Source: the human T2T-CHM13v2.0 reference genome, Homo sapiens
Assembly: GCF_009914755.1 (NCBI RefSeq)
Contig: NC_060934.1
DNA length: 64,000 nt
Direction: 5' to 3' (one strand)
Shown: positions 43,445 to 54,570 of the stretch, piece by piece
How the letters are laid out: each line of letters starts with the position of its first letter
How positions within the stretch are numbered: the stretch's first letter is position 1
The notes under the pieces: generated by a model
Told to the model about the DNA's origin: nothing
Databases searched by the model: none
The model's input: the letters and a program-made list of their open reading frames with translations, nothing else
Position numbers and translations under genes: made by a program

Positions 43445-45027
43445 AAAGGAGAAAGAAAGGTCTACTCTATAAATGGTTCTGAGAACTGGATATCTATATG
43501 CAATAAAGGAACTTGTTATCTTACATCATACTCAAAAATCAACTCAAAATGTATTTAAAAACTTAAATGTAAGACCTTGTGATATAAAATTCATAAAAGA
43601 GAACATAGAAGAAAAGCTCCTGGACACCAGCCTTAGCAAATCTTTTTCTTTTTAATATATCACACCAAATGTTCAGGCTACGAAAGCAAAAATAAATATA
43701 TAGGATTACATCAAATGGAAAAACTTCTGCACAGAAAAGGAAACAATCATCAGAAAGAAGAGACAACCTACTAAATGATAGAACATATTTGAAAACTATA
43801 CATTGACAAGAAGCTTATATCCAGTATACATAGGGAACTCAAACAATAGTGCAAAAACAAATAATCTGATTAAAAATGGACAAATGATCTGAATAGACAT
43901 TTTTCAAAATAAGACACGCAAACGGCCAACATTTGAATGAAAAAATGTTAACATCACTAATCATTCAGGAGATGTAAGTTAAAACTATAGATTTCTACTG
44001 CACAGTAGGATGACTATGGTCAACAATAAGATACTGTATATCTCAAAACTGCTAGGAGAGGATTTAAAATGTTACCATCACAAAAAAAGATAAATGTTTG
44101 AGGTGACGAATATGCTAATTACCCAATATATATATGTATTAAAGCATCTCATTGTACTACATAAACATGTACAACTATTACGTGTCAATTAAAATAATTT
44201 TAAAAAGAATAGCAATAGAGAAGGCTAACGGATAGGAGACAGGGTAGCCTTTCAGATTTTACAAGTCAAAGATTTTCCCTTCCAAAATGCAAATCAAAAC
44301 ACAATGAGATATTACTTCACATCTGTTAGGATGACTATTATCAAAAAGACAAGAGATAGCAACTGGAGAAAAGGGAACCTTTGTAGGCTGCTGACAGGAA
44401 TGCAAATGGGAGCAGCCATTATGGAAAACAGTATGGTGGTTCCTTAAAAAATTAAAAATAGAACCATCATAAGTTCCAGCGATCCCACTTCTGGGTACAT
44501 ATCCAAAGGAAATGAAATCATTATTTCAAAGAAATATCTGCATTTCCATGTTTATTGCAGCATTTTTACAATAGCCAAGATGTGGAATCATCCTGAATGT
44601 TTAAGATACTTATGATGTCCAAGAATGGATGAATGGATAAAGAAATTGTGATATATATACACACATACACACAGACACACAGACACACAGAGTGGAATAT
44701 TATTCAACCTTACAAAAGGAGATCTTGCCATTTGTGACAACATGGATGACCTGAACATGTTATGCTCAGTAAAATAAGCCAGAAACAAAAAGAAAAATGC
44801 TACATGATCTCTCTTATATGTGGAATCTTAAAAGTTGACTATGTGGAAACAGAAAGTAGAATAGTGGTTACCATGGATGGGGAGGTGGGGAAAAGGGGAG
44901 CTGTTGGTCAAAGGGTACAAAGTTGTAGTTATGTAGGAGGCATAATGTACAGCATGAGGGACTACAGTTAAGAATACTGTATTATATACTGAAAATTTGC
45001 TGAGAGAGTAGATTTCAGGTGCTATCA

Positions 45028-45078
<51 letters not shown>

Positions 45079-45250
45079 GGTAACTATGTGAGAGATATGG
45101 TAACTTGATTGGCTAAAGTATAATAATTTCACACATGCAAATCAAAATATATTTTGATATACATTAGTAAATAATGTATATCAATTTATAAATGTATTAT
45201 AAAACTTAAATATGTACAATAAAATTAATAAAAATGAATTTAAAAAATAG
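43445..45250 (+). mobile_element. L1MA-like ORF2 end and 3' UTR, with nested L1 3' end (43986-44284) and (CA)n at 45029-45076
   Basis: aaaaatcaactcaaaatg, atcccacttctgggtacatatccaaaggaaatgaaatca, gctgagagagtagattt. Confidence 0.9.
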
Positions 45251-45273
45251 TTCTGCATTTCAAAAGATCCCAT

Positions 45274-45595
45274 TGAAACATTTCGGTTTCAGGACATCCT
45301 ACCCCAAAATATGGCAACTTGGCATAGATAAGATTTTAAGCAAAAGAAATCTGTGAAATGCCAGGTGCAGAAAGGATTTTATGACTTCCCCCTGAACAGT
45401 TCATAAGACCCTCGTGTGAAAGGTACCCTTCATATACCTGGAGGAAAGAAGCATCCTTATCTCTGAAGACATAGGGGCTCTGAGAGGAATCTGAACAAAC
45501 AGGACTTGCCACTTCCCCAGTTTTCTACGTTTATCTCATATTATTTTCATCCTATCAGTTTCTTCCATGACTTTCCACTCTCGATCAAATCCCTA
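45274..45595 (+). mobile_element. MER31-like ERV1 LTR fragment
   Basis: ttcaggacatcctaccccaaaatatggca; catccttatctctgaagaca; gaatctgaacaaacagg. Confidence 0.75.
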
Positions 45596-45599
45596 ATAC

Positions 45600-47140
45600 A
45601 TAATTGGCAAATTGCTGGAGGCTCAGTGTAGGACAAGTCTGAGCATTAATAACCACAGAGGGACCCAGTCATAGGGATGTCCCCAACTTTGGTGAGTTTT
45701 ACCTCCACGAGCTCAACCGGGTTCTCACTGTAAACAAAGGAGTAAAAGCTTCTCATTCTCCTTTTAGGGGGAGAGAAATTCACCACTTTGAAATACACTA
45801 GAGCACTCTGTTTCTTTCTAACAAGATCTGTCCTCAGGAGAAACCATTTTATCAGAGCCTTACCTGCTTGGATTTTATGAGAGCCTAAGCCATCTGGGTG
45901 AAGGGAAATACCCAACTGCAGCCCTCTCTGAACTGCCACTTGGAGGGGAAGAAATATGCAACTCCAGGCCCTCCAGCCATCCTGTCCTCCTAAGAGGGGG
46001 CAAAAAACTGAGAAGTACTTGTGAAGTTCACAGTCCAGGGACATGGGCTCATTAAAGGACTAGTCCTACCACCATGTTAATAAAAGGCTATTTGTAGAAG
46101 TTCCTTTTACCCAGTACATCATGCCCAACTTTCAACAACAACAACAACAACAACAACAACAAAAAGTCAAGGTAAACTAAAAGGCAAAAAGTAAAATAAA
46201 ATAAAATAAAATAAAATAAAATAGAGAGAGATCAAACAAGCACCAGAACTAAAGTCAATTATGGCAGAAATGTTGAAATTATCAGACTAGGAATTAAAAA
46301 ACAAACTATGATTAGTATGCTGAGGTTATTAATGGAAAAAGCAACAATGTACAAGAATGGAAGAATAAGGAGATGGAAATAGAATAGAAGAATAAGGAGA
46401 TGGAAATTATGAGAAGAAATTTTAAAAGACTGGAGATCAAAACTGCTGTAACACAAATTAAAAAATGCCTTTGATGGGCTCATTAGTCGACTAGATATGG
46501 CTGCAGAAAGAATATCTGAGCTTGAGCATATGACAATAGAAACTTCTAAAATTAAAAAATTAAGAGAAAAAAGATGTAATGAGTCAGAATAGAATATTCA
46601 AGAATCGTGGGGCTACTGAAAAAGGTATAACACATGTGTCACGAGAATACCAGAAGGATAAGAAAAAGAGAAAGGAAACAAGGCAGTATTTGAAACAGTG
46701 ACTGATTATTTCCCCATATTAATGTGAGACACCAAATAACAGATCCAGGAAGCTCAGAGAACACCAAGCAGGATAACTGCCAAAATTACTACACCTAAGC
46801 ATATGATATTCAAACCTCAGGTAATCAAAGACAAGGAAAAAGGTCTCAGAAGAAGCCAGAAAAAAAAACAATACCTATAGTGGAGCAAAGAAAAAGAAAT
46901 GCATCTGACTTCTGCAGAAAAAGCAATTGACAATATCTAGAATCAACTTATAATAAAAGCTCTCAGCTGAAGAGAAATAGAGAGTAATTTCCTCAACTTG
47001 ATAGAGAACATCTACAAGAAACCTGCATCTAGCAGCATACTTCAATAGTGAGAAATTCAAAGATTTCCCGTGAGACCAAGAACAAGGCAAGGATGGCTCC
47101 CTGTGACCATAGCTTTTCAACATCATCCTGGATGTCCTAG
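45600..47140 (+). mobile_element. Old L1M 5' region, ORF1 remnant and ORF2 fragment
   Basis: cagatccaggaagctcagagaacaccaagcaggata (ORF1); ttcctcaacttgata..gaacaaggcaaggatg (ORF2). Confidence 0.8.
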
Positions 47141-48329
47141 AATTCTTTCAAGGTTCTACTCACAACTGGATTTCTCCATAATCTTACATCTCCTCATGCA
47201 CAAACTTATCACATAGCACACAGACTGGTCTTACATAATATTTTCTTTCTCTTAGCTCATTAAGCACTTTGTACATCTCGTGGCCCTTTTCATTTTATAA
47301 TGTGTATGCATTTTACCTTACAGGGTGTCTCCTGTGACATAAGCCTTTGGAGAGACACAATAATCATGTCATCTTCTGCTCTGTCATTCACACAATGTAT
47401 AGAACAATGATTTGACCAAGTAAGTGCTCGGATTTGTTGATTTTTAATAAGATACTATCAAGTGCTTATACCAGTGCTGGAGATCAGAGACGACATTTAT
47501 GCAAAATACTTTAAACAGGAGAGAGGTTGCATGAGCACAAGAAAAGCCTTGTCTCAAAAGAATGCTCCCTCATTGCAGCCCATTTAGCTTGAGTGATGAT
47601 TTTGATGACCTTTCTAAATTAACACAAAAGCTGACAATAAAAATAAGTTTGAGTACATTAATAACGGGAAACAGGATTTTTCTTACATTTCTATTTAAAG
47701 TAATCTGAAACAATAAGAAATATATATGATTTATCCTGTCTCTTGGATCTAGCTGTGGAATGATTGTATTAATCACACTGGGTAAAGCAACACTAAATGA
47801 ATGTCTCCTTGGAGATTTTACTGCATAATTCGCAAAAGTAAGCAATAATCTATTATCCCCTCGAGATGACTGTCAAGGAACCCAGAGGAATTCATTTACT
47901 TCATCTCTATTCAATACATGTGGTAATTATAGCAGTTTTTATTACTAAATGTAATATTTTCATTAAATCCTTTGCCACAATGATATTTTAAAGTGATTTT
48001 TTTTGGATTTTTAGCTGATGAAATATGGTCCCATTTATCATCAGTTCTAACTTCGTGTTACTACTGTTGTTCTTAAGGTCCTTAAAGTAAATTTTAAGAC
48101 TCAATCTAAGTGTTTCAGTGTTGATTACCATTCTATTTAGAAAGGCAGAATTTGTCTTAGAAGATATTTGTCTAAAGTGTGTGTTAGTATTTGTCAAAAT
48201 AAATGGAGGGAGGGAGTGGGTGAGCTGGGATAGAGGCAGGCAGAAAGCAACAGGACAGAGAGTAGGAGAGAGAGAAAGAAAAAAAACTTTTTGTATCCTA
48301 CCATACATCTTCTGGGGAGTTATAAGTAG

Positions 48330-48505
48330 GACACTGACTCATCCCAGGAAGCCAACTGGTAAATATTCAGAAATCCTGTGGGCCAGTTGTTAAACCAATA
48401 GTAGTTTGAAATCAGTCTAGGTGTACAACTTTGCAAATGCTACAAATGAGGAATTTCTTTGTTTGTTCATTTGTTTGATAAGTCACCTTACGAGAACATC
48501 CACTG
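48330..48505 (+). mobile_element. MER63A-like (hAT-Blackjack) relic, copy B
   Basis: gtaaatattcagaaat..gccagttgttaaacc..gtagtttgaaatc..gcaaatgctacaaat..ccactg end. Confidence 0.7.
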
Positions 48506-48654
48506 GATCCATCAATAGACTAACATATTATGTGATCTGAGAAAATACAACACTTTAAAGGTTCTGAGAAGTCCCGCAGTTTAAAAAAATTGTAGTACCT
48601 TCATTAAACCAAATATCTTCCAAGTTTTATGGAGAGGGGACACTTCTTATTAGA

Positions 48655-48920
48655 ATAAGAAGCTGTATTTATGGTCGTCCAAGAATTCAGGCTCTGGAGC
48701 CAGACTGCATGGGTGGAAATCTTTGCTCTGCCTTTTGTTAGTGTCTTGAAGGGAAAATTGTTCAACTGCTCTGACTTACATTCTTCATTTGTAAAGTTTG
48801 TCTGATCTTTACATAGTTCATAAGCTTGTTTTGAGGATGAAATGAGTTAATTTTTATAAAATACTTAGGATGGGATTTGAAACATAATAAATTATCAATA
48901 GATTATAAGCTCTGTTATTT
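48655..48920 (+). mobile_element. MIR
   Basis: caggctctggagccagactgc..ttgaggatgaaatgagttaat. Confidence 0.85.
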
Positions 48921-49419
48921 TAAGAAAATAGTGCTCCTCAGACCTTACTTTAGACAACTCTCCTCTAGAGTATAAAATAGTCTATAGAGAGATAAACTAG
49001 GAATTCTATTAATTATTTTTAATTGGTTATTTTAATACATAATAAAGCAATGTTATGTATAGATTCTATAGCTTCTAGGTCAGTTTTTACTATAAGAACA
49101 CTAAAATTAGAGCTTTGTTTTAATAGAATAGCTTAGGAATTTGAAAAACTTTGAAATTGTCTCGCTTCTCATAGAGCACGTCTTCCCTATACGTTCTTAA
49201 AATATTCCTTCTATGAACATGAATTAAATGATTGCCTTTAGGTCATGGTTAAAATACACTTTTACCAGAGAGACAAATAAAATGGGTACAGCCCATATGC
49301 TTTAATTAGATTTTTTTGAAAAGCTTTCTGGGTGTATATAATCCAAAATAAGTAAATTTTTAGATAAACTTTTAATAACTTTTCCCCATTAAAAATCAAA
49401 CACAAAACTGTCATCCTTT

Positions 49420-50915
49420 TGGCTTTTGGATTCAGAAAATGGAACTTAGGACACCCAGAGCACCTGGAAATGGGAAGAATAACAGTCGGAATACCGAGGA
49501 GTTAGGTAGAGATTTCAACTGCTGCTCACCACTGAGTAAAGAGACAAAGGTTATAATTTAAATCCTGCCCAGGATAAAAGAGCTTGGCCCTGTGACCTTT
49601 CATTAGAATCCCAGAAGGGAAACACATTTGGGATAAAATCTATGTCCCAGGATGAAGGGATTCACTGTAGAAATAAGAGTAAAACAGAAATAGACAAAAG
49701 CTTAAAACCACAACGTTACAAGGTCAACGTGATCTACTAGTAATTACAGTGCCTGCTGGGGCAAAACTCAGCACTTGCCAGAAGACAAAAAACAGAGTCT
49801 GAGGAATATTTACTGCATTCAGTCACAAAGTCCAGCATGCAACCAAGAATTACTAGACACGAGGAAAAACAGAAACATTGACAAATGGTCCAGAGAAGAA
49901 TTAGTTAATCGAGTGACCCACAAAGAACTCAGATGTAGGAGGTAGTGAAGAACTTTTAAATACCTGTGAGGAATGTGTTAACAAATTAAAAGTAAAATAT
50001 AATGGGTGATATGATGGAGAATTTCAGAAGAGATTTGGAAACTGTAACATACAAATAAAATGGAAATCTTTGAATTATAAAAATAATATATAAAATTAAA
50101 AATTCATTTGATGGGATTAACAGCAGATTAAACATAACAGAAGACAGAAATTAAGCAATGTACATCTATCTAAGTTACTTATTGGTTAAAGAAGATATTT
50201 CAATAGAAATTAGAAAATATTTTAACTGAATTATTGTGAAAACAAAATATATTGAAAGTGGTAGGATATAGCTAAATTTGGCATAAGAGGACAATTTTAG
50301 GTTTAAATGCTTATGCTGGAAAAGATGACAAGTTAAAATCAATGATTAAAGATTACAGTTGAAGAAACTAGAAAAAGCAGAGCATATGCCACCCCAGGTA
50401 AGTAGAAGAAAGAAGTGAATAAAGATAAAAGTAGAAATTAATAAAACGGCACACAAACAACCAAGAAAAAATATCTAAACCAAAATTTGGTTCATTTGAA
50501 AAGATTAATTGAATTGTAAATACTGAGCTAAACCTATCAAGAAAAGGGAAGAGAATACAGTACAAAGAATGATAGAGGGGACATCATTACAAATTATATA
50601 GACACTGTGAAGACCTTAATGTCAATGATTTTAACAGCTTAAACAAATGAACAACAATAGAGAAGAAAGAATGACTCCTCAACTCATTTCCTGAGGACAG
50701 AATAACTCTTATTTCAAACCTGACAACATCATTAAAGGAAAATAATCACAGACCAGTATCACTCGTGAACATAGATGCAAAGATATTTAATAGAATATCA
50801 GCGATTTGAATTCAGCAATATATAAAGAGGATAAAACACCGTGAAAAGGGGTGCTTATCTCATGAATACAAGGTTAAAAAATCAATCAATGTAATTCATC
50901 GTTGTAACAGAAGTT
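49420..50915 (+). mobile_element. Old L1M (L1ME-like) fragments: 5' region, ORF1, ORF2
   Basis: aaaattcatttgatgggattaacagcagatta; gaacatagatgcaaagat; aatcaatcaatgtaattca. Confidence 0.75.
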
Positions 50916-51640
50916 TTTGTATTGGCCAATTTCTTTTGAAAATTATAAAACTTTTAAGGTGTATTTCTATTTTTGTAAGACATATTTGAAATGAGTGACA
51001 ACTGATTGAGTAAACATTGTCTCTTTTTAATTAACCCTACCTAGACATTTAGCTGCTTATGCAACATAAGCATCCTGCTCCCTTCCCATTACTAACTAGA
51101 AATCAGATGAGTATCATCTTAATGTTACGTAATATATTTGTCTAAAATCCTTAGGCATATGCACCCAAACTGTCTGCCACTGAGTCTTTTTAGGTCACAT
51201 TGCCACAGGAAAAAGGTAAAGGATTCCACCTACTATGCCAAGTTCAGAAGTTTCCAGTGGAAAAACTCCACAGGTTCAGGCAGTTTTTTCACAGTTATCC
51301 AGGACTGCATAACCCGCATTGCTGAAAAAGCAAGTAATTGTGAAACCCAAACCAGCTGGCAAGTGAAGACCTAAGCTGCGTGGGAGTGCCTGGCCAACAG
51401 ATTGTAAAATGCCAAGCCAGGGCAGATGCTGACCTACTTATTCAGTAACGTGCAAGTGCAAAACTAGGTTTCCAGTCTCCCCTTAGATTAGATGCCAATA
51501 TAGCTGAATTACCAAGTGACCCCCAGCTCTTTATCCTCCTCAAATTAGGTGGTCTCTTGAGTGACCTTGGCTGGTCATTGGAGTCAATAGGATAGACATA
51601 AAGTAACCGTATTACCCACATTTCTCTTTTGCCTTTGCAG

Positions 51641-51655
51641 GTACATGACTTGCAG
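51641..51655 (+). other. Candidate 15-nt microexon (GTACATGACTTGCAG)
   Basis: tttctcttttgcctttgcag| acceptor and CAG|gtgagt donor; length divisible by 3. Confidence 0.35.
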
Positions 51656-52199
51656 GTGAGTTATAAATACAAGATATATTTAACCAGTCAAATTGGTGAC
51701 TCATATATATGTAGCTTTTTTTGGTAAAAGAGGCTAGAAATTTCTTCATACTCCAATTTATAAATTATAATTTACAAGCAAATATTGTTGTCATTATCTT
51801 AAAAATAAGAATAGCCACTCTTTTGACAAGTACACTTAAGCACCTGCAAATCTGTTTATTAATTAGACCATAGAATCTGTGTTTCATTGGTGGTCAGCTG
51901 GCCAATCTGATGGTCTTGTCATACACAGGTAAGAAGAGACAAAGAGCCAAGAGTTTGTTTGGAGGCCGGAGTGAGCTTGACAGAACTAGATGAAATTGGC
52001 CACTGGGCACTGGGACCCAGAAAGGCCTCATTGCCACAGAGTTGCAACAGAGTGTGGGGTCCCATTATCAGAATCCTTTCTATGGTGCATCCAATTGGCT
52101 ATGACTCTCCTAAGAACAGCGCTGCAGGAAAATGCAAGTTCACAGGATAATGAATGCACTGTTGCTTCTCTGCTGCTGACTTTTCCCACGAATAAAACT

Positions 52200-52589
52200 T
52201 GTATTTATTTGTACTGCTGGTTCGGGCTGCCATAAAAAGCACCACAGACGATATGGCTTACACCACAGAAACTCATGTTCTCCCAATCCTGGAAGCTGAA
52301 AGTCCAAGATCAAAGTGTTGTCTGGGTTGGTTTCTTCCAAGACCTCTACTGTTGGCTTACAGATGATTGTATTCAGTTCACATGATGTTCTTCTATGAGT
52401 GCCTGTGTCGATTTTCTGTTCTTATAAAGGTATCAGTCAGATTAAATGATGGTTCACCCAAATGACTTCATTTCACCTTAATTACTTCTCTAAAGGCTCT
52501 ATCTCCAAATACGGTCACATTGTGAGTTTCTCAGGGTTAGGACTTCAACATGTACATTTGAGGAGTGGAACACAATTCAACCCATACCG
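52200..52589 (-). mobile_element. MaLR solo LTR, MLT1A/B-like
   Basis: ggctgccataa..aagtccaagatcaaagtg..atctccaaatacggtcacatt..gttaggacttcaaca..cacaattcaacccata. Confidence 0.9.
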
Positions 52590-53839
52590 TGTACCATGGT
52601 AGTCCCAATGTCCCCATTTTCCAACAGCAAAGTGTTTATGGAATATCATGTTCTACCTGTGACCTTTCTATTCTCTCTTATACAATATTATGTCACTTTC
52701 ATATCATAGTTAATTTTACATGTATTTGTTCCTCATCTCCAAAACGGGTCTGCAAACTCCTGGAGAGAAAAATCTGCATTTGAAACTAGCAGGTGCACAG
52801 CAACTATTAACTAATATAAAATGACATCTGAAAGAAACAAAGCCCACAATTTTTTTCCCATGCCTGTCAATAGAGACTTCAGAAACATATAGTTATTTTG
52901 AAGAAAATAACTTTATATTCTTTAAAAACTAGATAGTAATTTGAAATCATACTTTCAATGCTACAACAGACATTTAAATAGAGGAAATATCCACCTCCCA
53001 TTCTCCAATCACCACCTCCCTCATTTCCCAGCATGTTTAGAGTTCTAGCCTTCACCAAAGACTGGTATACAAGAAAGCAAATTGAAAATCCATCATTTTC
53101 TGGTACGGTAAGGCTCATTTATTCATTCAATAAGGATTTATTGCTTTGCTGTGATGTGCCAGGTATAGGGCTTGGTGCTGGTAATACCTTAGTGAACAAG
53201 ACATAGATATGCAATAGAATAGTAACTGAGTTCAGATTTTTTACGTCTCAACCACTTCAGTGCAGATTAGCATATGAATGAACTATACAACTTATTTTCC
53301 GTCACAATTTTGGTCTAGTCTTTGATATTCTTCTTCTATCCTATGAAATAGCTTTTCTTTCATAAGCAGAAGAAGAGCAGAATGAAATAGAGAGCTGTGC
53401 TACTCCTCGGCCAATTTCTTTATAAAATTACATTTGGAAATTTCTATTTAATTGGTCCCTCCAAAGGCTGTGAGCTGAAAAATTTATGGGCTCTGATATG
53501 GTGACAGACGAAAAGTGGTCCAAGTAATTTTTGAAAGGTGCCTACCAAAATAAATGAGTTTTTACCAGTGATATCTCTATAAGGACTCTTGGTACATGAG
53601 GATTCGGGAATTTGGGGATTTATACTCTATTATACTTAGGACATCTCATTATAGAAGTGTGTCATATGACACACTCTGGGCCAACTACATTTTTTCATGA
53701 CATTTTCTAACTGGAAATAGAAATTCGATCCTCCCAGTGATCCCTACGGAATGGGATGCTTGGGAGCTGTCTGGTCATGTGGAGGGAAGTCCTGAACTCA
53801 GCAGTGATAGAGAATGAGGTCCACACAGACTCTGGATTA

Positions 53840-54570
53840 TACTTTGTGTACAAAGCCGCACACTTGCACTTCTTGTCACTACCTCCACAGCTGATTCCCT
53901 GGTCCAGTCTTCACCTCTCACCTGCCTGCTAAATGATCTTGCTTCTCCCTTTGCCCCCAGATTGTCTCTTCTCAATAAATCACCTGGAATGATCTATTTT
54001 TAAAGTCTAAGAGAGGTATTGTTACTGTGCAGCTCAAAGCTGTCCAGTGCTCCCCATTTCATGCATAGTAAAAGCTGAAGTCTTTCCCAGGGACTACAAG
54101 GATGTCCCCTATCTGTCCTCATTACCTCTGTGGCTGCCTTTTATAATGATGTCCCCTATCTGTCCTCATTACCTCTGTGGCTGCCTTTTCTAATGATCTC
54201 CCTCTGCACCTCGGCACTTCAGAATAGTGCCCTTGCTCTTTAGAAATACTCCCTGTGAATTATTCCCCAGCAGAGAGTGTTCTCCCAGATATGAATGTGG
54301 CTCTCCCTTGCCTACCTTAAGTTTTCACTAAAATGTAGCCTTTCCAGCCATTTCTGACCTGACTACTCTATTTAAAAATCAATAAATTTGGCACATGTCT
54401 CCCTTCTTTACCTTATTTTTATCTATATCACATTTCATTATATTCTTATGTACATTTTCAATAAACTTCTATATTTCTTGGTCTGTCTCTACCCTCTAGA
54501 ATATAACTTCCCACCCCCAGTGCCTAGGCCAGTACCAGGCAGGAAGCTGGTAGCATTAAATAAATAGTTA
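53840..54570 (+). mobile_element. L2 fragment containing a 47-bp tandem duplication
   Basis: Pyrimidine-rich L2 sense motifs; ctctagaatataac..cccagtgcctagg 3' end. Confidence 0.65.
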
